NCBI GenBank assembly: GCA_964016885.1
Contig: OZ024740.1
Span: 75,082,001 to 75,146,000 of the forward strand
Direction: 5' to 3'
Origin: Eledone cirrhosa
Taxonomy: Eukaryota
Length of the DNA: 64,000 nt
The notes under the pieces were generated by a model. That model did no database searches. It was given only the letters and a program-made list of their open reading frames with translations, and was not told where the DNA came from. Numbering within the stretch: position 1 is the stretch's first letter; every line of letters begins with the position of its first letter. Below are positions 1-11,945 of the stretch, one piece after another. Position numbers and translations under genes: made by a program.

Positions 1-1199
1 ACGTTGTTGTTTGACCTGTTAAATATTCTGGTCTTTACTTTTAGTTGGTCTTACATGCTTAAGTTGTGTCTCTTCATGAAACGATAATACCCAGATGCAT
101 GATAGAGGTGGGTTCGCTATCATTAATACACCCGAGAAACCTCACATGAAATACAGCCTCATAGGAAGTCGATCAAACCTACATAGCTGCAAGCCGCAAC
201 AACAACTACAATATGAATAATAACATCAAGATCATGATCATGATGATCATGACTATCATAAACAACGACAACTTTTAGACTACTTGTATATACTGAAGTC
301 TATCATTCATAGAAGGGAAATAGGGTTGCCCAAAAGAAACTTTGTACTCCCTGATAAAATTCTCTTCAGTTGCCCTCACTAGGACTGAAGGGGCTCTCTT
401 ACCATATGTATATTGGCTATATTAATAAAAAAAAAACATTGAATAGTAAAAAATAGAAAACAAGGCTGCTATGAAATAAAATAAATTGTTGGTTCACCTA
501 GAACTGATCAACCAATATATATATATTTAGACGTTAATAAACGAACCGTTTCATATTTATCATCTTCTATTATCTTCACTAATATACTCAACATTTGGTG
601 TTCGAACTGCTGGAATACTCGATTTGGAACTGACGGAGGACCAGCACATACCGGCACCAGGTTCGACCATTATTGTATGCTTCTTCTTCTTCTTCTTCTT
701 CTTCTTCTTCTTCTAATGTCGTTGACCTACCGTTCTCATACACCCCTTCAAGAAGTTATCTACAACAACTTCCCTATAAAAGTCTGTGTTATTGTGATAT
801 TTCTATTTTGGTGGGGGGATTGCTTTCGGTGATATGATTTTTTATTGTTTTCAATCAGATAATTTACAATTTAGTTTGAAGATGTTCTGTGAGTATGCGT
901 GTTTGAATGATTGTGCTTGCATACGTGCGAGTGCCGTTGTGTGATATTTGTTGGATGAGGTCTCTCTGGAGGCCCGTGGAGGCCCGTGTTTTTATTTCAT
1001 AGGTGTGTATATATCTGTGTGTCTGTATGGATGTGTGTATTGGTGTTATGCAAGGAAAGTTTTAAATAATAGACATTTTTATTAATATGGTCTTGCTCAG
1101 TTCTTTGAGGATATTTGCATGAATTTAGTAAAAGATGCATAAGTCATAAAAGAAGGGCATGAATAATCTTGACACTTTCTTGAGGCCTCTTCTCAATTA

Positions 1200-1515
1200 A
1201 TTCACCGTTAACATCGATGACTGCTTCAATACTAGGTCTGGCATGCTGAATTAGTGTTATGGAGGCGTAGTAGACCAACGCTGGAGAGCTAGGAGGCCAT
1301 ATGTTTAAAGTTACGTGATCGTGGAATTTGCAACTCATCCTCTGATGGGTCGTCTTGGCCTTATGAGACGACACAGAGTTATGCTGGTATGTGTACGGTC
1401 TTCCGTCGTTCAGACTTTCTATCCAAGACCTCACAAGCCCCTTATTGTCAGCAGCATAGATCCTTAAGCTCTGACGAAAGAAATGATGAGGCATGACATC
1501 TCCCTCGCTGCTCCA
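1200..1515 (-). pseudogene. Tc1/mariner-superfamily (maT/DD37D-like) transposase fragment, catalytic region
   Basis: ORF 1144-1494 reads MPHHFFRQSLRI..VRSWIESLNDGRPYTYQHNSVSSHKAKTT..FHDHVTLNIWPPSSP. This is a decayed version of the FQQDSAPxHKA...WPPxSPDLNP motifs of Tc1/mariner transposases. Confidence 0.75.
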
Positions 1516-2319
1516 TCACATTTGCCGAAAACCTTGTGGTTTCTGCATAACTATCCGTCATTCCTTTGATCGACCTTTTGACCATGATCAAAGTTTTTTT
1601 CTTATCAGAGAAAAAAAGCAAAGCATTTTAGGCTCTTGATGTTTCATTCACTCAAGAAGCACTCTGTGTAGATCAGACGGTTATCTTTTGTCTTTGCAGA
1701 CATGAATTGTCCTTTCTGTTTCACATATGACTTTCATTACAGAACAACCAAAGGCATTCTTAAAAGACAAATAGGAGCAATTGACATACTGCATGCTATA
1801 TTACATTTCTGTAAATTTGGTATATTGCTCCATCGCATCTCCCTAAAATTAGAAAAAAATCATCCTAATTATCTTTTGCTAAAGAAAGTTTTTTTTTCAT
1901 TTTGTCAGGCAGTGTAATCTATTAGCTATATAGTTATATTATTGTTGTTATTTGGATCATAATCGCCAAATCCAGTTTCATTTCAATATCAAAACATGTC
2001 ATTTTTACACACAGCAGGTATTTATGTAATTAGGCATTTGATTTCTATTGAGATCTATACTGATGTATATAAATTGTGAATAAAATCGTTCCGAGAAGTG
2101 TTAAGATTCCAGCGAATATGGAATCTCCCTATGTTGATACGAGACATAGTATTATATCTTCTCATGTATTTTGCAAAACATTAGATAGTTTTGGCTCATT
2201 GTCTCGGTGGACAGAACTGCATATGCATTCCTCGGAGGATTGCGAGGGATATGTGCTAAAAGAGCCAGTCAACACACGGGATTCCTTCTTCCTACTGAAA
2301 TCTAATACCAACAATTTAC

Positions 2320-2490
2320 GGGGAGGGGAAACTCATTTATATCGACCATAATACGTAACTGGTACTTTATTCTATTGATCAGAAGGAGGAAAGACAAAGT
2401 TGACCATGGCGGCATTTGAACTCAGAACGTAAAGGGCCGTAACTAAATGCTACAAATCATTTTGTCCTGCACTCTAACAATTCTGTCTAC
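2320..2490 (-). mobile_element. SINE family A copy
   Basis: The motif ctggtactttattctattgatc..aggaaagacaaagttgaccatggcggcatttgaactcagaacgtaaag recurs throughout the window. Its reverse complement has a B-box-like gagttcaaat. Confidence 0.75.
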
Positions 2491-2502
2491 TGCCCTTCCC
2501 CT

Positions 2503-2820
2503 TCGGTTCCGGCGACGAGTGTTCTAGTTATTCGAAACAATAACGGAACTGCCTGCACATGAAATCAACGCACAAGTGACTGAGCATTCAATAGACACGT
2601 GCACCCTTAACATAGTTCTCAGGGTGAACCAGCAAGACACAGTGTATGACGTGGTTGGCCCTTTGAATTACAGAGACAATTCCTTTTTGCCAACTGAATG
2701 AGCTGGTGCAATTTGAAAGAAAATGATTTGCTCAAGGATACAATGCGTCGCTCGGTGCGGGAATCGAACTTACAGCATTACGATCATGTGCGAAACACTA
2801 TGACCATTAAGCCACGCACT
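2503..2820 (-). mobile_element. tRNA-derived SINE family B copy
   Basis: The minus strand has an A-box-like tggcttaatggt, B-box-like gttcgattccc and a central ccttgagcaa domain. Related copies are at 20610-20760, 25672-25940, 47500-47675, 59180-59490 and 62325-62460. Confidence 0.7.
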
Positions 2821-2884
2821 CTTACGGGATGATATTAATCTATCTAATAATTTATCAGCCCGAAGAACTGATTGAAAATAATGG

Positions 2885-3100
2885 TTTCTTATATAGGCAC
2901 AAGGCCATCAATTTGGGGGAGGAGAAAGTCGATTAAATCGACTCCAGTACATGACTGGTACTTTATTTTATCGACCCCATAAGGATGAAAAGCAAAGTTA
3001 ACCTCAGCGGGATTTGAACTCAGATCATAAACGGCCGTAACTCGATGCTGCAAAGCATGGCGTCCGGCCCTCTACCGATACTACCAATCCACCACCCTTA
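2885..3100 (-). mobile_element. SINE family A copy (near complete)
   Basis: Contains ggcacaaggcc..gactggtactttattttatcgaccccataaggatgaaaagcaaagttaacctcagcgggatttgaactcag. Further copies lie at about 9280-9420, 13340-13470, 14340-14500(+), 15930-16090, 20080-20200(+), 21640-21800(+), 24190-24360, 30590-30730, 41325-41460(+) and 45430-45697. Confidence 0.8.
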
Positions 3101-3559
3101 CTGATTGAAAATAATAAAACTCAAAGTAGTATACTCACTGTGCTAAAATTTAGCTTCACAGTGTCTTGTGTATCATATGGGGTAACGCATTCTCTATTCT
3201 GTTCACTGGGACTATGATGCGGAGAGACATTGACTGGTTCGTGATGTTACCGTTGATCTTTATATACACATATGCGTGCATACACAAGACAGTACTAAGC
3301 TAAAAAAAAAACAAGTTTTACATACAAATACATGAACACCTCCTTCTCAAACTAACCTACTAACCAAAATAACAATCTCACAATAACATCAACAAACATT
3401 GAAGCTATAAAAGAAACTGACTCTGACCTTAATGCATAGTCTAACGAGCTCGCATAAGGGCAAGGATTCATTTTTTGTATTTATATGCTCATATTTTTAA
3501 TATGCTTCTTCTTCCTTTGCTATCTTCTCTTATATGAATGTTAATACTTATACTCATTT

Positions 3560-4435
<876 letters not shown>

Positions 4436-4573
4436 CAATTATTACTATTATATATATATAATAGTAATAATAATAAATTTCAAGACTAAAATCCAAAGAG
4501 GGCTCGATAAGGATAAATATATTTCAAATATATAAGAACCCTAGAGCAAATACTTATTAAAATAATAGATTAA

Positions 4574-4624
4574 AGTTTAAACAAAGAATCGTTACTTTCA
4601 CCCTTAATGGGATCTTCTGAAACT
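4574..4624 (-). ncRNA. Type I hammerhead-like motif in the PLE pLTR (core CAGAAGA)
   Basis: Minus strand reads agttt-CAGAAGA-tccc attaa gggt-GAAA-gtaacgattctttgt-TT-aaact. Stem I is agttt/aaact. The relative at 61455-61500 has stem III agca/tgct. Confidence 0.6.
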
Positions 4625-5507
4625 AAAAATATCAATCTGTGAACGCAGAAGTAAATATTTCGAAAAGCGTTGCAACCGAAGGAAAACAGGAAGACGATAC
4701 TTTGGTTCGTGAAGATGTCCCCTGGTAATGAACGGAAAAAGGGAAGATAATACGTCGTTATGTGGAGCGGTGAGAACAATTACACGCAAAGACAAAACCA
4801 CGTTTATGGTATAAATGAATTCGTAGACTAATATTCTATTTAGGAAACCGAATGATTCTCGGCTTCAGAGTTAATAATAATGTAAATAAATTAGTAGAAC
4901 GAAAATGACAGAGGTTATTAAAATCAATAATAATTAAATATATACATACACGCATCGATATACGTACATACACGTGCATACGCTAAAACACCCGCCTTGC
5001 ATGTACGTACACATAAACACGCGCACGCATACATAAACCCGCGCGACACCTGTACCCTCACCCATACGAACGTATACACCAAATACACATAAAAAGAAAT
5101 ATGTGTGTGCGTGTGTGTCACACATATAATTATATAAACGTATATAAATATACACACATAAATACGTATATAACGCAAGCACACACATACCTACAGGTAA
5201 ATACACATATGTTCATCAAACGTACGTCAACCAAAATACAATGTATACACGTGCAAACACGCATACACGCATACACACACAAAACCAAAATACACAAATA
5301 CACATAACCATATACACATATATCAGTATATATAATATAATATATACACCTATAACAAATACAAACATATATACGTACGAGAGAGTATACGTACCTTCAC
5401 AAAACACATGAGTAAGGTATACTTACCTATATAAATAAGTAATGGTATAAACATAAAATATACTTAGCTACCACATCAAGACGTAAATTATCCGCGTATT
5501 GTTCGTA

Positions 5508-6686
5508 CTATCCGTTAGGGTATAATGTGGGGCTGTAATACAGGAAAGTTTTATGCAATTTGTGTTTACAAGCCGAAAATGCCTCAGATTTTTTGTTTAA
5601 GATGTGGTCATTAGCGTAGAGTATTTCCAGGGCTTCAGCGACGCAAAGATCGCATGGTCTTTTATTTCCGTTATACGATCTAGCTCTAGCTAGGATCTTC
5701 CAGTGTGACCTATATTGGGTGTGGTTGTCTTTTAGACTCCAGATACAAGCTGAAAGTGACGTCATATTCCGTTTTAAAGAGTTAAGAAAAGAATGGGTGT
5801 GCATGTAAAGACGCTGCTTGATTCTATTGGCAGTTAACCCTATGTAGGCCCTACGGGACGTGGGTGTTTCGACCTTACATTTGTAGACAATGTTACTGGA
5901 GAGGCATTTCCCGGATAGAGAACAGTCAACCCCATTCCTACAATTATATTTAGTACTAGCTACAGGATCGCACGTGTTCCTATGGCTAGGTAATTTAGCT
6001 AAAATTGAAGCAGCGATGTTATGTGCAAGGTTAGGAGTCGTAGAGTAAGATATTTTAATGGTATTTCTATTAAAAATGTTATTATATTTATATGCTGAGG
6101 CGAAATGCTTCTTAATAAGGGAGAGAAAGATCTTAGCTAATGGTGTGGTCATCTCAATATTATATGGTGGGTTATACCATATAGTGCGTCGGGATCTATT
6201 TTTCCTTGGTCTATGCTCATACTTAGTATATGCTACCTTATCGACAAATCCACTCGGAGCGAGAGCTTCATTGTAATATGTGGAATGGTCAGTGAAAATA
6301 TGCTCGTTTGTAGATAGACGGGAAAACCTCAAAGAAACGTTACTTACCAGGTTCTTGATTATGCTGGCAGGATGGTTAGAATGCTTACTTATGTAATCAA
6401 GCGTATCGTTCAGCTTTCTATACGGGTAGTGCAAGCCATTCGACAAATTGAGGGTAACGTCGAGGTAATTAACGACCGAGAGGTTTGCCTCAACCTGTAT
6501 GGTTAAAGAAGGCTATGAGTTCTTTTCTGAACCTGTCGCAAGCGCGTGGACAGCACTTTGTCATGGTCAAAAGCCCGCCATCGCGGTACAAACCATCGCC
6601 CATATTGGGGAATTCTTCCTTGATAGAGAAAAGAAGGAAAAGGCCAATAAGATCTGTAACCTCCGCCGAATCGCTGGCGCCCTTTC
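5508..6686 (-). pseudogene. PLE polyprotein remnant: RT C-terminal part, Cys-rich linker and GIY-YIG endonuclease (frameshifted)
   Basis: Upstream frame reads SDSAEVTDLIGLFLL..GLYRDGGL (decayed YxDD). It is followed by VNYLDVTLNL, HSNHPASIIKN, WYNPPY, NCRNGVDCSLSGKCL, NIVYKC..AYIGLT..RLYMH and CDLCVAEALEI. Confidence 0.9.
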
Positions 6687-6945
6687 CTAAATAGAATATT
6701 AGTCTACGACTTCATTTATACCATAAACGTGGTTTTGTCTTTGCGTGTAATTGTTCTCAACGCTCCACATAACGACGTATTATCTTCGCTTTTTTCCGTT
6801 CATTGCCAGGGAAGGTCTTCATGAACCAAAGTATCGTCTTCCTGTTTTCCTTCGGTTGCAACGTTTTTCGAAATATTTACTTCTGCGTTCACAGATTGAT
6901 TTTTTTAGTTTCAGAAGATCCCGTTAAGGGTGAAAGTAGCGTTTC

Positions 6946-7290
6946 TCCCCTTCTCACTTCCTCCCGTTTGGCTAGTAGTGGGTTCTCTTCTTGCTCACAT
7001 CTCACTCACGTCGGACGGTCTGTATCTTGATCGCTCATGAAATCCACCCAGCTTATGCTGACCGGACAACCATGTTGCTTGTTTATTTTCCTATCTTTGG
7101 TTTGCTTTTATCCTTCTATGTTGTTTACTTGTCCCCCTCGCTTTACGCGATTTACTGGTCCCAATAACCTTTTTTAGTTATTGCTCGCACCAACCTGAGG
7201 TATATGATTTTTAATGCGATGAAATATCAATGATGGTTGGCTAATTTTATCATATGTAACCCATGTGCAACCACGCAGTATTCTTCTTTC
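6946..7290 (+). mobile_element. Diverged, internally deleted copy of the 10419-11356 permuted-hammerhead family
   Basis: Shares gctcacat, tcgcaccaacctgaggtatatg..gcgatgaaat..ggttgg and atatgtaacccat.tgcaac..cgcag with 10419-10729. It ends in (TA)n. Confidence 0.7.
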
Positions 7291-7298
7291 TACTCATG

Positions 7299-7407
<109 letters not shown>

Positions 7408-7970
7408 GTGAATGGGCCCATTGCCGTTCCTGCATGGTTTGAAATTTCACGCATGCGCAAACACATACATGTTTATGCACAGGACAAAGATGAGTATAGA
7501 TGCCGCTAGACACCAGATATATATCACGTCTATCAACTCAACAGTAAAGGAGTAGCAAATATCAAGCAGAAGGTTATTTGTCACTGATGTACAGAAAATC
7601 ACAATAAAAGATAATTAAAAATGCCACTTAGAGAATCATTTACATATATAGAATAACTTTTACAAAGTTAGTTGTAGGAGATTGTTTAGAATCTACCGTT
7701 TATCTCGTCATTACTGCAGTTTCATCCAATAAGAATATTGGCCAAGCTATTATATGAAAGGGACAATATCCAAAATATTCGGAATCGTCAGGTGGCTTCT
7801 GTAAAAGTATAATTGAATATCTACCTGTTAGCGGCATTTATACTCGTCTTTGTCATATGTACAGATATTTATTTGTTGGCTTAGTAGGTAATAATTGTGA
7901 TAGATTTGAGGATAGATATGATGCTAGAAAACATATACAATAAAAAACAAAAACATTATCCCTCCCTACC

Positions 7971-8002
<32 letters not shown>

Positions 8003-8008
<6 letters not shown>

Positions 8009-8694
8009 TATACCACTTGATAGCGTGTGGCTTCTCTCATACGCTGTGAACCTGGGCGGACTGGCAGTACCGTTGGTAGGGGTCAAAACTGCCAAAGCCC
8101 ACCGCAACGGCCGATGACCCTGGAGTTCTGTGTCCTTCGTTTGTATCTTTACCTTTAAAAAATAATTTTTAAAAGTTTCCTCTTAAAAAATTATATTTCG
8201 TTGCCTTGTCCTCTCTTAGTTAATTTTCTTAAGTTTATCAACACTATGTGACGAATGTATTATCTCTTCTCCCCCCATTTATTGCAATGGATTACACATT
8301 TTAACACGATATATTACTTTTTTCTTGTTGCTTTTTTCTTCTTTTCTTTTTTTTTCATTCATGACTCTCGTGCTATAAGAGGCACCACACTTTTTCCTTG
8401 ATTTCACATAAAATTCTATGTCTACTTGTTGCTTAATTGCTATAAATCAATGTTTTATCTCTCTTCTCTTACTCCACTGGACAGTGTTTGGCTCGTGTCA
8501 GACGCTGTGGCCCCATACAGACTGGCTGTACCGCTGGTAGGGATCAAATGCCAAAGTACACATCAATCACCGACGACCGTGGAATTCTGTGTCCTTCGTT
8601 TATATTTGCATTTTCAAAAAATAGCTTTTTAAGGTTTCTCCTTAAAAAATTGTTTTTCGTTCGTTGCCTTGTTCTCTCTTTGTTAATTTTTGAA

Positions 8695-8696
<2 letters not shown>
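8003..8696 (+). mobile_element. About 1.5 tandem copies (unit about 460 bp) of a non-coding element carrying a permuted hammerhead-like motif
   Basis: 8003-8235 is similar to 8463-8695. Further copies are at 34453-34937(+) and 59540-59850(-). It is flanked by (TC)n and (TA)n. Confidence 0.8.
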
Positions 8697-8760
<64 letters not shown>

Positions 8761-9759
8761 ATATATTGTGATTGAACATGTGCCATATGTATATACTGTT
8801 TGGAATATCCGAAATCTGGTGTGCTTCAAATGAGTCCTTTGCGATATTCGTTCTGCACCAAGTTACAGACAACCTTTTGTCACTTTAGCTGTCATAAATG
8901 TAATGGATCAATGAGTAACCCATTGGAATTTTAGAAATCTATCACCAATCACGCAATTATTTGCCGCTTGCGTGATAGCATCAATAAATATTTGTTAGTT
9001 TCGTTTTGTTGTAATTTGTTAACATGTATTCATCATTCAATCCTTTGTTTATATATAGTAAATGTTTTTTTATTTATCGCTTAATCGAGGTGGGGGTGGG
9101 GGGTGGAGGAATAGTACCTATGGTTCTTTATTTTTGGGGGTATGCTTAATTGGTGATAGGGAAGGGAAAGGAATGATCAAACCACGGTCATGGTCTAAAT
9201 GCTTGTCACAGAGTGGAGTCTTTTAATGACACCCATGAGCTAGATGACGACAGATTGCATCTACCACTTAAGCAAGCCATAGTGGGATTTGAACCCGAAC
9301 GCAAAGGATTAGAAGTATCGCAAGGCATTCAGTCTCCCATCATACACTGGTTTTTATGTTACCCAACCTAGAATGATAAAAGGCAAAGTTGATCTAAGAT
9401 TGCAAGAAGCCCGAATAAATTGGTCAAACGAATTTGCCTCATTAAAGGTGAAACTTGTAGAATTGTCGAATTTATAAATGATTCAACGTCAAAATGTTTG
9501 TGATGAGTTGTTATTAATAGTGTCTAATTTAGACACAAGTCCAGTGTATATAGATCACAGACATCCACATATATATACACACACACATACACACGTATAT
9601 ATATATACACACATACACACGTATATATATATACACACACACACATTTATATATATACATACACACACGTGTATATATATGGGCCTTCCAGTTTCATTTC
9701 ACATTATATACATGTCTGTGTATATTTTAATTATTTAAAAATTATTTTTAAGTAAACAT

Positions 9760-9816
9760 AATTTTTAGAAAATATTTTGAAGTGAATGTGACCCAACGGG
9801 TCAGGTGTGGTCTAGT
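9760..9816 (+). mobile_element. Helitron-type 3' terminus (GC hairpin plus CTAG|T)
   Basis: tgaccc-aac-gggtca hairpin about 8 nt upstream of CTAGT. A similar end, gtgacccaacgggtcac, lies at 11399-11415. Confidence 0.55.
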
Positions 9817-10010
9817 ATATTACTAAAACTCTGTGATTGATTGCTTGCTTGCTTGCTTGTCTATAATGTAAAACAGCCAAAAGGGCGCATAATGGGAAAG
9901 TACCTTGAAAGGAAGTTGACCCTGAAATGGGAATACAAATAGAATAAAACAAGTTTCGATTAAATCGGAGCACGGGTTCCTGAGATATGGGGTTTTCTGG
10001 GTACCTTAAT

Positions 10011-10063
<53 letters not shown>

Positions 10064-10214
10064 TAGTGGGTGTGAGAGAGTAGATTGAAAGAGAAACATA
10101 GAGAGAGAGAGAGAGAGAGAGAGAGATGGTGGTGTTGTTGAATGAAATTATAACCGGTGACTTCAAAGAAACGAATACACCATTACTGTATCCTGATAAA
10201 TAGGAAGGGGTTCT

Positions 10215-10299
<85 letters not shown>

Positions 10300-10418
10300 T
10301 ATATATATATATTGGCAAAGTAAAAAATAAAAACAACAACAAGGAGTGCAGTAACGAACAGTGTTAGTATGTATATATATGTATACACACGCACCCACAC
10401 CGCCATATATATATATAT

Positions 10419-11350
10419 TTGCTCACATTTCAACCAGGTCTGATGGTCTTTATTCTCTAGTTCACGATTTTATCGAGTTTATATTCATAGAAATCTGGGA
10501 CTTGTCTCTTTCCTCTCACTTTCTGTTGCTTAAACCATTTTGTTTGTTCACCCTAACGTTCTCTTTATTTACGTGTCCCAACGACTTTTTTTAGCCGTTG
10601 TTCGCACCAACCTGAGGTATATGGCCCTTAAAGCGATGAAATGCCTGGGACGGTTGGAGGGTCACTGATGAAGGATTCACTTTTTTATATGTAACCCATT
10701 TGCAACGCCGCAGCTCCATTATTATCATATTTACACATATTTTTTCCTCTGCTGCCACCCGTCTGTTTCTCTCTTTGTATCTTTACCCTTTCTAGCAGTC
10801 TCTCTCTCTGTTAGCCTCTTCCTCAACTTTCACTCACTCATACCCTGTCACTACCTCTCCTCCACTCCTCTTTCTTCCTGCTTGACCTGTCCGATTTCTT
10901 TTCTCGCGCACTCTTGGCCAAGCCGGTATGAATTTTTTTTCTCTCTCTCTCTCGTCTGCGTCTTCACAGAACTTATGTTTACCGAATTCGCAGACCAGAC
11001 CCCTTCTTCTTCTTCCTCCCGTTAGACCTGTGCGAAATTCCTTCCTTGCTCACATTTCAACCAGGTCTGATGGTCTTTATTCTCTAGTTCACGATTTTAT
11101 CGAGTTTATATTCATAGAAATCTGGGACTTATCTCTTTCCTCTCACTTTCTGTTGCTTAAACCATTTTGTTTGTTCACCCTAACGTTCTCTTTATTTACG
11201 TGTCCCAACGACTTTTTTTAGCCGTTGTTCGCACCAACCTGAGGTATATGGCCCTTAAAGCGATGAAATGCCTGGGACGGTTGGAGGGTCACTGATGAAG
11301 GATTCACTTTTTTATATGTAACCCATTTGCAACGCCGCAGCTCCATTATT

Positions 11351-11356
<6 letters not shown>
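10419..11356 (+). mobile_element. Non-coding retro-like element: two near-identical 310-bp direct repeats (period 627 bp) around a CT-rich spacer, each with a permuted hammerhead
   Basis: 10419-10729 matches 11046-11356 almost exactly. (TA)n lies on both sides. Confidence 0.85.
10573..10680 (+). ncRNA. Candidate permuted (non type I/II/III) hammerhead ribozyme; second copy at 11200-11307
   Basis: Reads aggtat-A-tggccct-taaa-gcgat-GAAA-tgcct..ggttgg-agggtca-CTGATGA. Stem III is aggtat/atgcct, stem I is tggccct/agggtca, and the core is canonical. Confidence 0.7.
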
Positions 11357-11387
<31 letters not shown>

Positions 11388-11816
11388 TTTAAGCGAACGT
11401 GACCCAACGGGTCACGGGTGCTCTCGAATTAATAAAATTATAATTACTTTCGGATTTATAATCTTATATTTAGACTGTTTTTGATCTATTAACTTCGCCT
11501 CCAAAGATAGAATTAATAATCCGAAAAGTATAATATAAACTAATAAAATAATTTAAACATCGTGAAGAAAAGAAGTTGAATAGATTTAAAGTTGAGTGAA
11601 AGTAAGCTAGGTTTGCAATCGACGTCAGGATTGGGCGTGTGATGTTAAAAATATTGTAGTGTGATATTTCTTATTGTTTAGCTACACGTTAATAATCCAA
11701 CATTGAGGAGATATATAGTCCAAGCTGTTCCAACCTTGACCATTTTATTATTTCAAAAAGTTAGAGTGTAATTTGAGAGATATTTGGTTACTGTTTTTTA
11801 GTGCGCTTTTTTAGTG

Positions 11817-11945
11817 CAGGTATGGGCAACCTTTTTTGAACAGTGGGCCGCATAGGATGTGATTCATCATAAGGTGAGCCGCACTACTAAAAAAAATCAG
11901 CGTGCCATTCAGAAATCCAAACGGGCCGCAGTTTGCCCACGACTG
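11817..11945. mobile_element. hAT (Charlie-like) MITE
   Basis: TIRs caggtatgggcaa / ttgcccacgactg, internal gggccgca motifs, and an 8-bp TSD-like ttttagtg/ttttagag. Confidence 0.65.

Larger units (their letters stand above)
4462..6945 (-). mobile_element. 5'-truncated Penelope-like retroelement with 3' pseudo-LTR and inverted upstream partial pLTR
   Basis: RT/GIY-YIG coding region on the minus strand. 4587-4847 is repeated in inverted orientation at 6684-6944, and the 3' end abuts a short (TA)n. The same terminus recurs at 61344-61500. Confidence 0.88.

Noticed and set aside
525-585. Minus-strand GTGAAGA...GAAA-cggttcg-TT hammerhead-like string
   Set aside because: The core and stems I and II are too degenerate to support a call.
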